A stretch of 64,000 nucleotides of DNA from assembly GCF_009914755.1 (NCBI RefSeq), contig NC_060929.1. The stretch is one strand, 5' to 3'. Within the stretch, counting starts at the first letter, position 1, and each line of letters starts with the position of its first letter. Shown here one piece after another: positions 13,564 to 27,100 of the stretch. The notes below the pieces were generated by a model that was not told the DNA's origin, ran no database searches, and saw only the letters and a list, made by a program, of their open reading frames with translations. Position numbers and translations under genes: made by a program. Origin of the DNA: the human T2T-CHM13v2.0 reference genome, Homo sapiens.

Positions 13564-15149
13564 GTGGCTGTTTCTTCCCTTAATATAAATTAGCAATTCT
13601 TTACCAGAACCACAGTGCACTCCCTCAAGTCCTTGATGGCATCATGCTCTCCTCTGCCTCCTCTGATCCTTTATGCCTGCCTGGAGACTCTCCACCTCCC
13701 ACCCACCCACCAGATCACATAGCTAACTCTCACTCATCCTTCAGGACTCAACTAAAGATGATTTCCTTAGGGAAGTCATTCCTGGTCTTCTAAGGTCCAC
13801 CTTAGGCACCCTTCCAATGTGCACCCTCCCAGTGGGTTGTGTTATCCAGTAGCAATTACTCTATGTTGTGAATGCTCATTCTCTTGTCTGTATTTTGAAG
13901 GTTCACTCTGGTGAACCCAGGAGGTGACACAGGGCTTGGCACAATCACTATAGAGGGAATGAATCAGCATTTTAGAAAGGAAAGGGCATAATCCCAGAGA
14001 ACACATATTACTTGCTCAAGGTCACAGAGTTTTAAATAGAGCTTTTATACCTGTCAGGCTTAAAAACCCAAGTTCTGCCCATATACCAAGGGAATCTGTG
14101 TGTTCTGCAGAGCCATGTGAGAGCCTTATAAAGACTCGTTTGGCTTAGATGGTTTACTTGTAGCCTTGTTGAGAGATGTTGAATAAATATACGTTATTAA
14201 TCACTCAGAAAAACATGCCCCTGACTTTAGTAGTCTCTTTCATTGATGTGCTTCTGTGATTATCACCAACCTAGAACTGCCAAGGCTTGACACTTGTTTA
14301 TACCCAGAGGCAGCCTTAACATTTAGAAGAGCTAGATTTTGTTTTTTTATTAGTTTTGTTCATTAATATTCTATTGGACGTTGACAAAGTGCTTTTTCTT
14401 ACAGCACCTGATATGTGTCACTGCTTCCTCTCCCCATTCTGTTAGAGTATCAGTCCATAAGACCATACAGGAATGTGTAAAAAAAAATGGAGATTGCAAT
14501 AATGCATAATTAAAACTGCTGAAATATTTAGTATTTTGTTTAATGGGTCTCTAAAGTTGTAGCACCTTTGATTCATTATTTACCAGTATGTATTTAGTCC
14601 TCATACCTTTTTGTAGTCACTGAAATGCAAAGCAGGGAGAGAGAGAGAGAAACTTTGATGTATTATTCACCTGCATCTGAGCTTATTCCTAATTTAAAGA
14701 CTGTAGTAAATAGCGTTGTTTTTCCTGAGCACATAGAAATTTAAACAATAATTTATAAAACAAAATATTTCAAGTAGTATAATACTGAAATTATCTTAAA
14801 TATTAATGTCCCCTCACTATGTGTCTTAGAAGGGAATATAATGATTGTGCAAAGAAACCCAAAATTCTCCTTCAGATTATGTTAATCTCTGGAGTTTTCA
14901 CCATTACCACTTCTGGCCAACCTAGATGGGTTTGCATGTCAGCCTATGGCACATAAAGACAGCCATAGCTTCACCAGACAGTTGTATGCTCTTATAGCAA
15001 TATGCTAGTTACTTATATTAAGTTTGATTAATAGACTAATAATAGCAAATATTTATTGAATGCCTGGGTGCTGTTAGGGCACCTAGACTGTTTGTATGCA
15101 TTATCTTATTTAAACCTCACAGTTCTAGGAGATTGGTACAATTTTAAGG

Positions 15150-15415
15150 TGTTTTCTGATGAATTCTGCTAAACATTTAAAGATGAAATAATATCTATTT
15201 TACACAAGCTCTTTTAGAATATAGCAAAAGAGGATACACTTTCCAACTCATTTTATGAGGACAGTGTTACTTTAATACTAAAACCATACAAAGATATTTC
15301 AAGAAAACAAAGCTACAGACCAATATCCCTCATGAACATAGACACAAATACTCTCAGGAAAATACTAGCAAATTGAATCCAGAAATGTATAAAAAGTATA
15401 TACATCATGACTAAC
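15150..15415 (+). mobile_element. Old L1 ORF2 fragment
   Basis: ttccaactcattttatgagg...ctacagaccaatatccctcatgaacatagac...aaaatactagcaaattgaatccag resembles the L1 RT region ([11 protein letters not shown] motif), degenerate. Confidence 0.75.
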
Positions 15416-15772
15416 TTTATTCTATGTAGTCTATGGAAGGCCCTAGAAATATGTTCATTTCTTAGGTGACTTTAACTCATTTGCTAACATCAGAATAAAA
15501 GTCAGCAGAGAGGAGTGACAGGATATATGATAGCTGTAGGTAGCACTATGAGCATTTTGTAGATGCCTGCCTGTATGTGACAGTTGTTAACTGTTCTAAT
15601 GTCAGTATTGGCCAAGCCCCACGGGAAGGGAGCTGGCCAAAGTGCTGAAATGCCTGGCCAGTCCAACAAAACGCACTACAACAGAATTTCCTCAACTTAT
15701 TTGATCAGGGAACAACTGAAGCTAAATTCAGGGGACAATTCACAGTTCTCATATTTCTATATTTATCAGCAA

Positions 15773-15939
15773 CTTTTTTAAGAGACAAGGTCTTGCTATG
15801 TTGGCCAGGCTGGAATGCAGTGGCTATTCAGAGGCCTGATAATGGCACACAGCAGCCTCAAATTCCTGGGCTCAAGTAATCCTTCTGCCTTGGTCTCCCA
15901 AGGAGCTGGGACTACAGGTGTGTGCCACTGTGCCTGGCT
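15773..15939 (-). mobile_element. FAM (fossil Alu monomer)
   Basis: Monomeric Alu that keeps the 7SL-derived segment (...tgcagtggctattcagaggcctgat...) absent from FLAM, FRAM and dimeric Alu arms. Confidence 0.8.
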
Positions 15940-16352
15940 GCAAAAACGTTTCTTCAATAGATACTAGTGAATAGAGCTTTATCAGCAACCTCTGACATAG
16001 TTAATCACTTCCTTCTTGTGCTAATTATTAAGATACTCTCTAGCTCCTAACCTACCTTTCTACATTCTGTTTGCGATACTAGAGATGGGACTCTGCAGAC
16101 TATATTCCTGAGATGGCTCCATGGTAGGCTCTGCCAATAGGAGACACTAGAGGGAGATGAGAGAGACTGGCAAGCTGGAGGAGGAAGAAGGGACCTGCTC
16201 TTTCTCATTCTCTTTTCATGGGCTTTTGTCTACATGCGGTTGTTGTGGGTGTCATGCCTTAGAAAAACTTCTTCACCCCAGAAGAGGCAGTTTCTTCCTA
16301 TTTCAGCAGATGATTCTCGTTTGCAGTTTTTTCCCACAGTTGCAGAAGCTGT

Positions 16353-16767
16353 CTCTATGGGTTGAATAATTTCCTCCAAAAAGTCATGTTCTCCCAGAAC
16401 CTTAGAATGTGATATCATTTGGAAATAGAATCTTTGCAGATGAAAGTAGTTAAGATGAGGTCATACTGGATGAAGGTGGGCCGTAAATCCAAGGTGTCCT
16501 TAGAAGAAGGTTATGTGAAGACAGAGGCAGAGATTGGAATGATACATCTTCAAGTCAAGAAATGCCAGGGATTGCTGGCAACCACCAGAAGTTAGGAGAG
16601 GCAGGGAATAGATTCCTCCTCAAAGCCTCCAGAGGGAGCATTGCCCTGCCACCACCAACGCCTTGATTTCAGGCTTCTAGCTTCCACACTATCAGAGGAC
16701 ACATTTCTGTTGCTTTAAGTCATGAGGATTGTGGTAATTTGTGGGGCAGCCTTAGGAAATGGATACT
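16353..16767 (+). mobile_element. MLT1C-like MaLR solo LTR
   Basis: atgggttgaat...cagaaccttagaatgtga...tttggaaatagaatctttgcagatg...aatgccagggattgctggcaaccaccagaag...ttgtggtaatttg. Confidence 0.8.
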
Positions 16768-17119
16768 GCCTCATCATAGCCCTCTCACAGACACAAGCCC
16801 CAGATAGCTAGCACCCTTTTTTAAACAAAGGAACCCAGGGGTTCTCTCTCGGTCCCTCAAACCAGTTGAGTAGCACCTGCTTCTCAGAAGTCTGAGTTTC
16901 AGCTCTGTAGGGCCCTTTCTCTAAGTTTATTTAATAATTAAAACTCATACCTTTGCTCCCCCAGCCCTAGAGGTTATAGTTTTTCTTCCTTGCAGTTGCT
17001 ACCTTTGTGATATTTTACAGTTCTCTTTTTGCCCTTTTTGTGACCTTGCTAACAACTTCATACTTAATAATTATTTACATTAAATTATCTGCGTTCAGTC
17101 TCCCAGCTGGATGCTGACA

Positions 17120-18400
17120 TATACACACCCTCCCTGATAGTCTTTCACCATTAATTTCAAGTGAAATTGCAGTCTCTTGGTCTTCCTCCTGCCACCTAGG
17201 TACCTCCTCAATCTTCTTTGCTGGTTTACGCTCTTCTCCCCAATCTCTTAGCTTTCCTGTGATCCGGGGAGCAATCTTCTCTTCACCTCTCCTCCCTTCT
17301 CATCTTACACTAACAGTCTTGGTGATCTCATCCATTCTTGTGGCTTCAAACTCCATCTATATGCTGTTCACTCCCAAATGCATATGTTTGGCCCAGACCT
17401 CTATCCCCTGAACTTCAGCTACATACTCAGCATCTCCATTGGATGTCTAATCAATAGCTTAAATTTAATATGCCTAAAAGCTGAACTCTTGATGCCTTCT
17501 CTGCACCTGCCCCCACCAAAACCTGCTGCTTCTCTACCCTACCCCATCTGAGTTGATAGAAAATACATCCTTTCCCTTCCTCTCTTCCTCTTGTGTACCG
17601 CATCAGGAAGTGCTTGTGCCTCTGCCTTCAAATTATAACCAGAATGTAACCACTTCTTGCCACTCCCACTGCTGTCTACTATCCCGTGCCCCCTCCCATC
17701 TGAACTACCTGAATTACTGAGGTAGCCTCCCACATACCTCTCTGCTTCTACTTTTGTCCTCCTGGAGTTCATCCTGAGCATAGCAACCAGAGCAATCTCT
17801 TAAAAGAAGTCAGATCATGTCCCTTCTCTGTGCAAATCCCTGCAGTGACTCCTCTGCATACTCACAGTAAAAGCCGAAGTCCTTACAGATGTACACAGGG
17901 CTTTATATCCTATGACCCCTTCTTACATTTCTGGGCTCATCTTCTGCTCTTCTCTTTCATTACTCTGTTCCAACCACACTGGCCTCCTTCCTGTTTCTTT
18001 AATACATCAAGCATGCCCCTGACTCAGGGATTTTGTTTTGTTTTCTCTGCCTGGAACATTCCTACTACATAGATCCTCTTGGATGTCTCTTTCCTTCTTT
18101 AAGTCATTGCCTGAATCTCATCTCTATGAGGCCTACCCTGAATTCTCTAATTATCACACAACCTATCCCCTCCCTACTCACAATCCCCCTTGCCTTACTC
18201 TTTTTTTTCATAGCATATATCATCTTCGAATAAACATGTGGCTAATTTTAGTGTGCTTATTGTTCATTGTCTTTCTCCCCATGCTAGCAAGTAAACTCCA
18301 CAAGGCAGGGTCTTGCTTGTCATTGTTGCATCCCAAGTGCCCAGAATAGTGCCTGACACACAGCAGTTTATATCTCGTGAGTGTTAAAAGAATGAACGTA
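17120..18400 (+). mobile_element. L2 LINE 3' portion
   Basis: L2 motifs (catctccattggatgtctaat, aagtcagatcatgtccctt, ccacactggcctcc, tagtgcctgacacacagcag...gaatgaa). Confidence 0.75.
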
Positions 18401-18971
18401 TTCACAGATCATAAATAGAAACTCAAGAAATGTGTTATGCAGTTGAGGTAAAGTAGACCACAAAAATGAGTATACAAAGGAATTAAAGACTGCCAGGAAT
18501 AACCAAATAATCCAATGGCAAAATATACAATTCCAATATTAGACTTCTCAAGAAAATCAGTAAGCAATCCAAAAATGAGGTGATTAACAACAAGTCAAAA
18601 TATTCTAATTTAGGAGCAACAGAGTGTTTCCAAATATGAGGATTATAAATTTTTTGTTTAATTCCAACAATTTGAGAGTGATGAGAGCTTGTTGCTTTTG
18701 TGAATTCTAAATGTTTAGTGTACAATAATACCTGTTAATACTTCTCTGACCTACAATATACCTCACACGGTTTAGGAAATGCTGCCATGAAATACTGACT
18801 AGCTCGTGAGTTAGATTTTGCATATATGCATTTATGTATAATAAGAAATAATACCTTGCAGTTTTCAGATTATTATTAATTACATTTTCATTTGATACTG
18901 TGACAGTTAAGAATTGATTACAGCAGTTACATAAAGTATCTTTGAAGACCCACAAAAAAGGCAATCGTCTT

Positions 18972-19256
18972 GGCTGGACATGGTGGCTCACGCCTGTAAT
19001 CCTAGCAGTTTGGGAGGCCAAGGCAGGCGGATCACTTGAGGTCAGGAGTTCGAGAACAACATGGTGAAACCGTCTCTACCAAAAATATGAAAAATTAGCC
19101 AGACATGGTGGTGTGTGCCTCTAGTCCCAGCTACTCAGGAGGTTGAGGCAGGAGAATCACTCAAACCCATGAGTCGAGGTTGCAGTGAGCCAAGATCACA
19201 CTACTGCAATCCAGCCTGGGCAACAGATGAAGACCCTATTTCAAAAAAAAACAAAA
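18972..19256 (+). mobile_element. AluS element with small internal deletion
   Basis: Dimeric Alu with A-tail; about 10 nt (ccagcctggc) missing after cgaga. Confidence 0.93.
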
Positions 19257-20873
19257 GCAAGTTTATTAACAGAATTTATTTTCATGAGGTTTTGTTAAGA
19301 TTTGTCATTTTAAAATAATGTTTAATTCTTGAAGTCGGTAAAATATCTACAGATCTTCTTAAACTTTGCATTGCACCTAAGTATGCAAAAATCACATTTT
19401 GGGAAAAGGTCAATCACATTTTGTCCATACAGCACAGTAGGCAAATGTTGCATATATTTGTTTTTCAGGATACTTTTTTGGATGTTGGTCTACATGGAGC
19501 ATAGGGCACCTTATTTTAGGACCACTGACCTGTGATTGACAGAGAGTGGGGAATCAACAAAAGATTATGTAATATGAAAGCAACTTAAGGATTTTTTTGG
19601 AGTATTTAGAAAGCATTTTTTAAAGTTCTTGCTTTTCAAAATGTAATAGCAAAGATAGGTAGTTAAACAATAATGTGAGAATAGTAAAGTTAACTTATAT
19701 AATGTGGCCAGTTAAAAGAGATAAAATTGGAGTGATGTGCGTTCTCTAGAGATAAAAGAGGACACAAGAAACGGAATGAGATAAAAGAATTTGGAAGAGT
19801 CATACAGAAAGGCAAATGTAGAAATATGGGAACAGAGAGTCCGAGTATTAGAGACATGCACAACTTTTGCAGAAGCTGCTCTAAGGAAGTCTTTAAATTT
19901 CTATATTTTAACATAAAATATTTAAGCACAGGTGTTCTTAAAATTGTATTCTTCACCATATTAGAGGGGAGAATACCTTTCTCTTATGCAAAAAATAAAT
20001 ACCCGTATTCCATCGAGGCCAAAAATTTTTTTTCATTGGATAACCTTAACTTCATTTAACCTTTTAGGATATAAAAGATCATGTTTTGGTTTCAAGCTAA
20101 AGCCTTAAATTATCTTTTGCTGCTTGACCTGGGGATCAAATGGATCAAATGTGAGTCCCACCCTAAAGCAAATGGCGATAACATGTTAGTTTCATTAACT
20201 GTGGTGAAAAAAATATAATTTGGTTGTTTGGCGTCATGTAGACAAAGAAGTTGACTAACTTTTGAGCTATCTGCTGGTGGTGTTTTCTTGTATCTCAACA
20301 TTGTCCTGTTAGTGTTAGAGATGATGTGAATAGCCCAAGGTCCCCAGCCAATATCTGGCCAACGAGAGATGTGAGTGACTTTCTTTTTCTTTTGATGATC
20401 TTTGTGAATTTATAATTATAGAACCATCCTTTTTGCTTTTAAACACTTGGAGGAGGAGATTCAGAAGAAGAATTTGTGTTAGAGGACTAATTTCCAAGCC
20501 TTAACTGCTTACTGTATTACTACATATATCTTTAAAATATGTTGAAAGTTTCAGTGAATGAGAAGGAATGAAAAGAGCAAAGGAAAGTGATAGGATTGTT
20601 CGTGTGTGCTCATAAATATTCTATCTTTCTTCTTTCTAGTCTAATATCAGAAGAGTTGCAAAGGGCTCAATCTCTTGAGATTACAAGAATAGTGCCATTT
20701 ACTATGTCCAATGAACAGTATCTAGCTGAGATTTGAAGTATCTGCAAACCTCACTTAAAAATTTGAGGGGGAAGGATTATAGGGAAAACACCAATGAAAT
20801 ATGTTATAATTCTTCTTAAGTATAATCAAATGTGGGTTCATTTCATATACAGTCAGTTCTTTAGTAGGATGGG

Positions 20874-21308
20874 TGTTACGGGTTAAAATGTGTCCCCGAA
20901 AAGAAATGTTAAAGTCCTAATCTCCCATACGTGTGAATGTGCCCTTGTTTGGAAGTAAGGTTTTTGCAGATGCAATCAAGTTAAGGTCATTGGGGTGGGC
21001 ACTAATATGACTGGTGTCCTTATGAAAAGAGAGAAATTTGGCACAGACACATAGGGAGAAACTGAGGCAGAGACTGGAAAGATGCCCCTACAAGCCGAGG
21101 AATGCCAAGGCTTGCTGGCCACCGTGGGAAGCTGGGAAGAGGCAAGAAAGGGTTCTCTACAGGTGCCAGAGGGAACGTGGCTCTGCTGACACCTTCATTT
21201 CAGACTTTTAGCCTCCAGGATAGGTGAGACAATCTATTTCTATTGTTTTAGGCCATCCAGTTTGTGGTATATTTTTACTTGGAAAAGGAGTACTGGGGAA
21301 CTAATACA
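20874..21308 (+). mobile_element. MLT1B-like MaLR solo LTR
   Basis: tgttacgggttaaaatgtgtcccc...gaagtaaggtttttgcagatg...gccctacaagccgaggaatgccaagg...gaactaataca (TG...CA termini). Confidence 0.82.
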
Positions 21309-23429
21309 GTGGTTTATGTCTAGGAAAGTCATTTAAATCCACAATGACTTAAGTCAACTCTGATTTTCCATAGAAATAGAATAACAATTAGTGGTTACAT
21401 TTCATTATGACCAGTCCAGTTCTTCAGAGGTATGGCCATCCACAGTATTTTTAGTCACCTAACAACTGTAAGTGGTGTCCCTCTGAATCAAATCGTGTTT
21501 TCTAACATGCATACCCCAAAGGACTGACTTCTATATTTTTTGAAATCTTTAGGAAAGGAACCCTGCTGAATAGGGGAGAAGCTATGGGGTTATGTCAAAA
21601 CAATGAGAAGGGCTGGTGGGGGCAGAGGCAGCAGAGAAAGAAACAGAGGCAGCAGAATAAAAAACTTTTACCTGAAGTCAAGGGCATGGAGTGTGATTTG
21701 TTGTGCTCGTTGGGAAGTGGATGGCTTGGATGGTGGACAGTATCACTTGGTACCTCCTCTGTGACTGCAGGAAGTAGGGGCATGAATGTCTTTGGTAAGA
21801 ATCTACTTGGGTGGAATTGCTGCATTTTCATATGAAGTTAGTAGGCAGGGCACTCTCTCCAGCAAAGGCACGTTCCTGAAAGAGCTATTTTTCTAATTCA
21901 GCAGACCCTCGGGGTTTCTGGAGTTAACATTTGTGGTCGGACAATCGAGAGAAGTCTCATGAGTCACTGAATTGAAGTAATTGTGCTGAAGCACACATTT
22001 GATCACAGAGGCTGCAAGGTTGGTGTGCAGAAGTGAGTTCTGGGCACAGGAGCCAGCCTAGCAGCCCATGGGCACCAGCCTCACGGCATAGCTCTGTTGT
22101 TCGCAATTTGTCTCCTTACGGACATTTTATCGAGAAATTAGAAACTGAATTCTGAAACCAGGATGGGATGAAACATATTGGAAAGCTGATGCAGTGTTGC
22201 CTGCTTGCCACAGTGGTGCAAAGAACATGAGTGTTGGGAGTTCCCCAGGGCTCAGCAGCTGAGAGAGAACAAGATTCAGAGCCAGAAATCTTAGATATGG
22301 GTTCACATTTGCTAGAACCGGCTCTGTGTGACTCTGGGCCAGTCGCAATGCATCTCTCCATCTCAATTATTTTTTCTACAAGATCTACCCTAGGTACTTA
22401 TGAGGATCAAGTGAGACAAAACATGTTAAATTACTTTATAAGTATAAATGTGCAATGCAGATGATGTCCCATGAATGCATATCCCTGAAAATCCAAGGGC
22501 TGGGAGTTGAATATTGCCTATATTAGAATCTCTGTGTTATGCACCAGGTGAGGAACCTTTTTTGGGGGAGGAGAAGTGGGGACGGATTCTAAAAGATCCT
22601 CTAAATGGAAGCAGAATCTATCAGATCTGTCTGCTCTGGGAGTTATTTTTTTAATGCCCTTTGAATTATAAGTTTCTTCACTAACTCTCTCTTTCTTTTA
22701 TATCTAGACCTGCCTGTCTTAAGGAATCATGTATGATTTTCTTATGACTAAAGCAAAGGTGGTTATTAATGATGAATATTTTTAAATAATTCATGTGAAT
22801 TATGTGAGAGAAATTGAAAGAAGGTAAAGTGAGGCACTTTTCCAGCGAGGAAATGTATTTTGTCCTTCTCCCTCCACCCTGAATATTTTCAGCAGTGCAT
22901 TTCCATTTAGAGAGTGACCTATGGGTCTGTTATAATTAGATTCCATTGCTGCCGATGGAGACTGGAAGACAAAGGCAGGCGTCTTTCTCCAGACCGTACT
23001 GGCCGTGGCAGAAACAGCTCACTACTCAGTGACAGCATCAAGCTAATTTGCCCCCCCAGGATTAGACCAGGAAATATCAAAGTTAATTTACTTTCTCAGT
23101 ATTATACTGAGAGGCTGTGGCATTTCTCCTGTTCCTGCATCGTGTGAGTCATGTTTGTTGGCAAGAGAAGGCCTTGGTCTTTCTTGAAACTTCTCCTGTT
23201 GGCAACACCAGAAAAATGTTTTCACCCTGATATTTGTCATCCCTGGTTTCTGGACACTTGTCCCGGGAATGCTTGTTCTGTAAGGTGCTTTATCAATAAA
23301 GTGCTTTCAGGTCAGATAAATTTGGGTGATGCCACCCATTTCCTTTCTTAAAAGGTCACAATCCACATTTGCATATCAAAGGCTCTGAGAAGGCCTGCAA
23401 AAAAGTTTTAACTTTGCTTAACTTAGTGT

Positions 23430-24100
23430 TTTATTCAGTCATTTGTTTAATGAATATTTTAGAATGTATCAGGCATTCTGCTAGGTATTAGAATTTAGCT
23501 AATAACAAAATAGGAAGAGTTCCTTTTCTCATGAAGTTTATGATTGGCAAGGAGAGTCAGGCAATGAACAAACACAAAATATGTTGTATGTTGTCAGATG
23601 GTGAGAGATGATAAGAAAAATGGCATAAAGGATCAGGGCATGGTGATGTGAGGCACTGGCACTCTTAGGTGGTGTGGTCAAGGGCTCTATGTAGAGGTGA
23701 CATTTGAAAGAACACCAAAAGGAAGTGCAGGAGGGAGGCCAGCCTCTATTCTCTGGGGGGAGATAATTGCAACACAGGAGAACAGCAAGTGCAAAGGGCC
23801 GGAAGCAGGAAGTGTTTGGCCTCTCAGAGGCCAGTCTGGCTGGCGAGACCAGAGAGGAGGCAGGCGAGGCCTTGTGCGCCAAGGGGATGGGGGGGAGGAC
23901 CCTGAAGGTTTTCAGTAGGGGAGTGAGGTTTCCTGCCACACCTTTGGTGAGTTTTTTCTGGCTGCTCTGTGGAGAAGGGACTCTGAGGGACAAAGGTAGA
24001 ATGAGGAATGCCAAGAGGGAGGCCCTGGTAGTGTTCAGGTGACACGTGATGGTGGCTTAGACCAGGTAAAGAGTAGTGGAAGTGGTGAGAAAGTGACAAG
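23430..24100 (-). mobile_element. L2 LINE fragment
   Basis: Reverse L2 3' end (attcagtcatttgtttaatgaatat...caggcattctgctagg) and gaggtgacatttga...aacagcaagtgcaaagg. Confidence 0.7.
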
Positions 24101-27100
24101 TGTTTCCTCAACATATTTGGCCATAAACCTTCTTTTTTAGGAACACTTTAAAATTGTTTCCCATAATGAATTTTGGAAAATACTGTTGTATGTAATCAGA
24201 TGTCAATCATGTATTTCTGTCAGTCACAAAAGTGCCTTTATACCTTCCTCCATGGCACTAATTTATAGTGGATAACAATGTCAGGGAGATAAGACACAAA
24301 AAAGCTAAAGAAAGAAACTTAGAATTTTAAGTTTAGCAAGTAAGGCCAAGGTGGAGTTACAGTACTGGCCCAGAGGTATGACAGTTGAAGAAGGCATTGG
24401 AATCTGTTTTTGTTTTTATTTTTGTTCGTTTTGCATCTAGCACAAGTATAAGTTTGCAAAAGCCTCTCAGTACGTGTTTGTGTTTTTAAAAAATTTCAGC
24501 CTATACCTATACGCATGGAATTCTTACTATGTCTTTTAATAAGCAAGCCCTTAATCAGTGAATACCTCTACTTGTCCACCTTTTGCCTGGCCAGCTCAGC
24601 TTCGACCTCACTCCATAATATCATAATACCATGTGCCAGCACATTGCTCTTATCACATCATAATATAATTGTCTGTTTGTCTGCTGGGTGGCCCCAGTAA
24701 ACGGAAGATACGTTGCTGGCAAGGGCTGTACCTTTAGTTCTTGTATGCATAGCATCTAAGGATGGTTTACACCCTTCTGTGGAGCAGGTGCAAAATAGCT
24801 GTGTGAAGAATGAGTAAATGAATGAATGTCCAGGATTGTCTTGGCTATGAAGAATATGAGATGAGCTAAAACATGGTCCCTTCCCTTAGGCACTTGTAGT
24901 CTGATAGGGTGGATGGATGAATTCTGACTTCCCTTGTGACTGTTGCTTTGGAGGCCAGATCAGTTCTCAAACATTGGTGGAATATTCAGTAGTCCACTTG
25001 GGAGGATTTAAGCCAAGAAGTCCTTGTCCCCCAATATCTAACTTATAAACCCAACTACTGAGCTTGAAATTCCACAATTTACCCATTTTCTTGGACTAAG
25101 GAATTAAGAGAGAAATACCTCGGGGAAAGGAACTCCTTAGCCATTTATTTACATGTTGTTTGTGAATTAGTTTAGCAACTCTCTCCCAATGACAATAAAG
25201 AGAAGGTTTTATTGGAAAAGACAGGAAAGAATGCCCATTCTCAGTGGCTACCTAGATCTCTTACGCTACTCTTTCTAACGCATAGATTTGTACTTTCCTC
25301 CCCACAATCATACACACACACACACACACATATATACACATACACACCAGGCTTGTGGCAGCAGAGACCTGCCTCGAATGGCGTTTTCTCAGCACACATC
25401 TCTTATGTACCAACAGAACCCTGGGCAGAACACTGCATGCTAAGTAAATGAATGCTCCAGTTCTCATGCTTTGCAGACGGCTCTGTGGGGACTTGTGCAC
25501 CACTGAAACACCTTGGTCTCAAAGCTGTGCTCCCATTTAGCTACAGAGCACCGGTGGAGATGTTCAGTAAGTCCCTGATGCCTCCCTTCTAGAGGCCACA
25601 AGCAAGGGAAACAACGAGTACAGCATCCCTCCCCATCCCCCATCACCATGGGAATAATGCCATGGGAGTGGATTTTATCATGGTGTTCAGGAAGGGCTGA
25701 ATAAACAAAGGCGGCTGCTTTTTATAGCCACCACCCTAAGAACCTTGCAAAATGAAATATTTACTAAGTAAAACACAAAGTAGAAAGAGAAACTACAACA
25801 TTTCTAGCCAGTAAAGGGAGAACAGTGCAAGCTCTGGGGGCTCTGTTTCCTCCTCTTGTTGACATCTATGAGAGTTTCCTGAGGTCCAGGAAAATGTGTT
25901 TTGCTGTTATCAGTGTAATAGGAATGAGGCCGACTTGATCAATCTGGCTATGCTTTTAAATTGCATTAAAACTCTGCAAGTATGTTAATCACATTGCCCT
26001 GATTCCCTCAGAAAAGACAGGCAGACAAGTAGACATTCTTCTTTGAGCTTTCTTTTGTGGGCTAAACCCCAGGGTGTGTAGCTCAGCAACAGCTGTAAAC
26101 ACTGGGGGTGAGCCTTTTCTGAAATAGTGTGCTGTGGCTTCATGGCTCCCAGCCTGTGCTCGCCGGCTAGGGAAAGGCATGACCAACTTAGGTTTAACAA
26201 TCATCTTTCCTTTCAAAATAGGAAATTGCCAGTATTATCACTGCTGGCTGATGAATTATATTTATAAATTACATTCTTTTATTCTTTTTAAATTCAAGTA
26301 AACTAGCATTTACTGAATGGGTACCACGTACCATGATTTGCCTTTTTGATGTTATTTCATCTTAACAACAGCACTGTTATTTCCCATTTTAATGTCACAA
26401 AGCTAGTAAGTGCTAAAGGCAGTATGGGAGCCCAAGTATGTGTCTGACTCATAAACAAACTCACCGTTTATGTCTATTAAATTAGGTCATTTTAATATGT
26501 CTGGGATACCTGTTTACTCAAGGGATGTTGTAGAGTTTCTGTATAAATTTAGGAACAATCGCGCGTTGGTCCCACTGAGGTAGTATATGGATGGCGTGAC
26601 TGCTTTTAGTTTTCCATCTTTGAGTCTAAGTAATTGCTTGACACCAGTATTTGGCTCTATAGCCAAGTTTTAAATATGCAAGATAGGAATATCTAATTTA
26701 TAGATTGTCTTTTTCTTCTACTTTTAGTGATAGGCGTACAGGGGAAAGGGAAACTAGTCTTATTTTGTAATGGCTCTGGTGAGAGACTGAGTGAACGTGG
26801 AGGTGAAGAAGGGTAGTTGATCATAGATACGTATCAAGCACCTACCAGGTACAATGAAGAGCTGGATTTTTCTCTTTGACTGCTCTGTCTGCACTGCTGA
26901 ACTTCCGCTCTGACTGTCCTCCTTCCTCAAACCTGTCTTTAATGAGATTTAATAAATGCTACCTATTTTCAAAGATGCCATGCTCATTATAAGGTGATCG
27001 TAGTCAGAATAAAAAGGATAACAAATGTGAAAGAGCAGGGATAATGAGATCTAGTAAAAGAAAAGGAGGCATTGCCAATATCTAGGTAAATAGGATTTTA

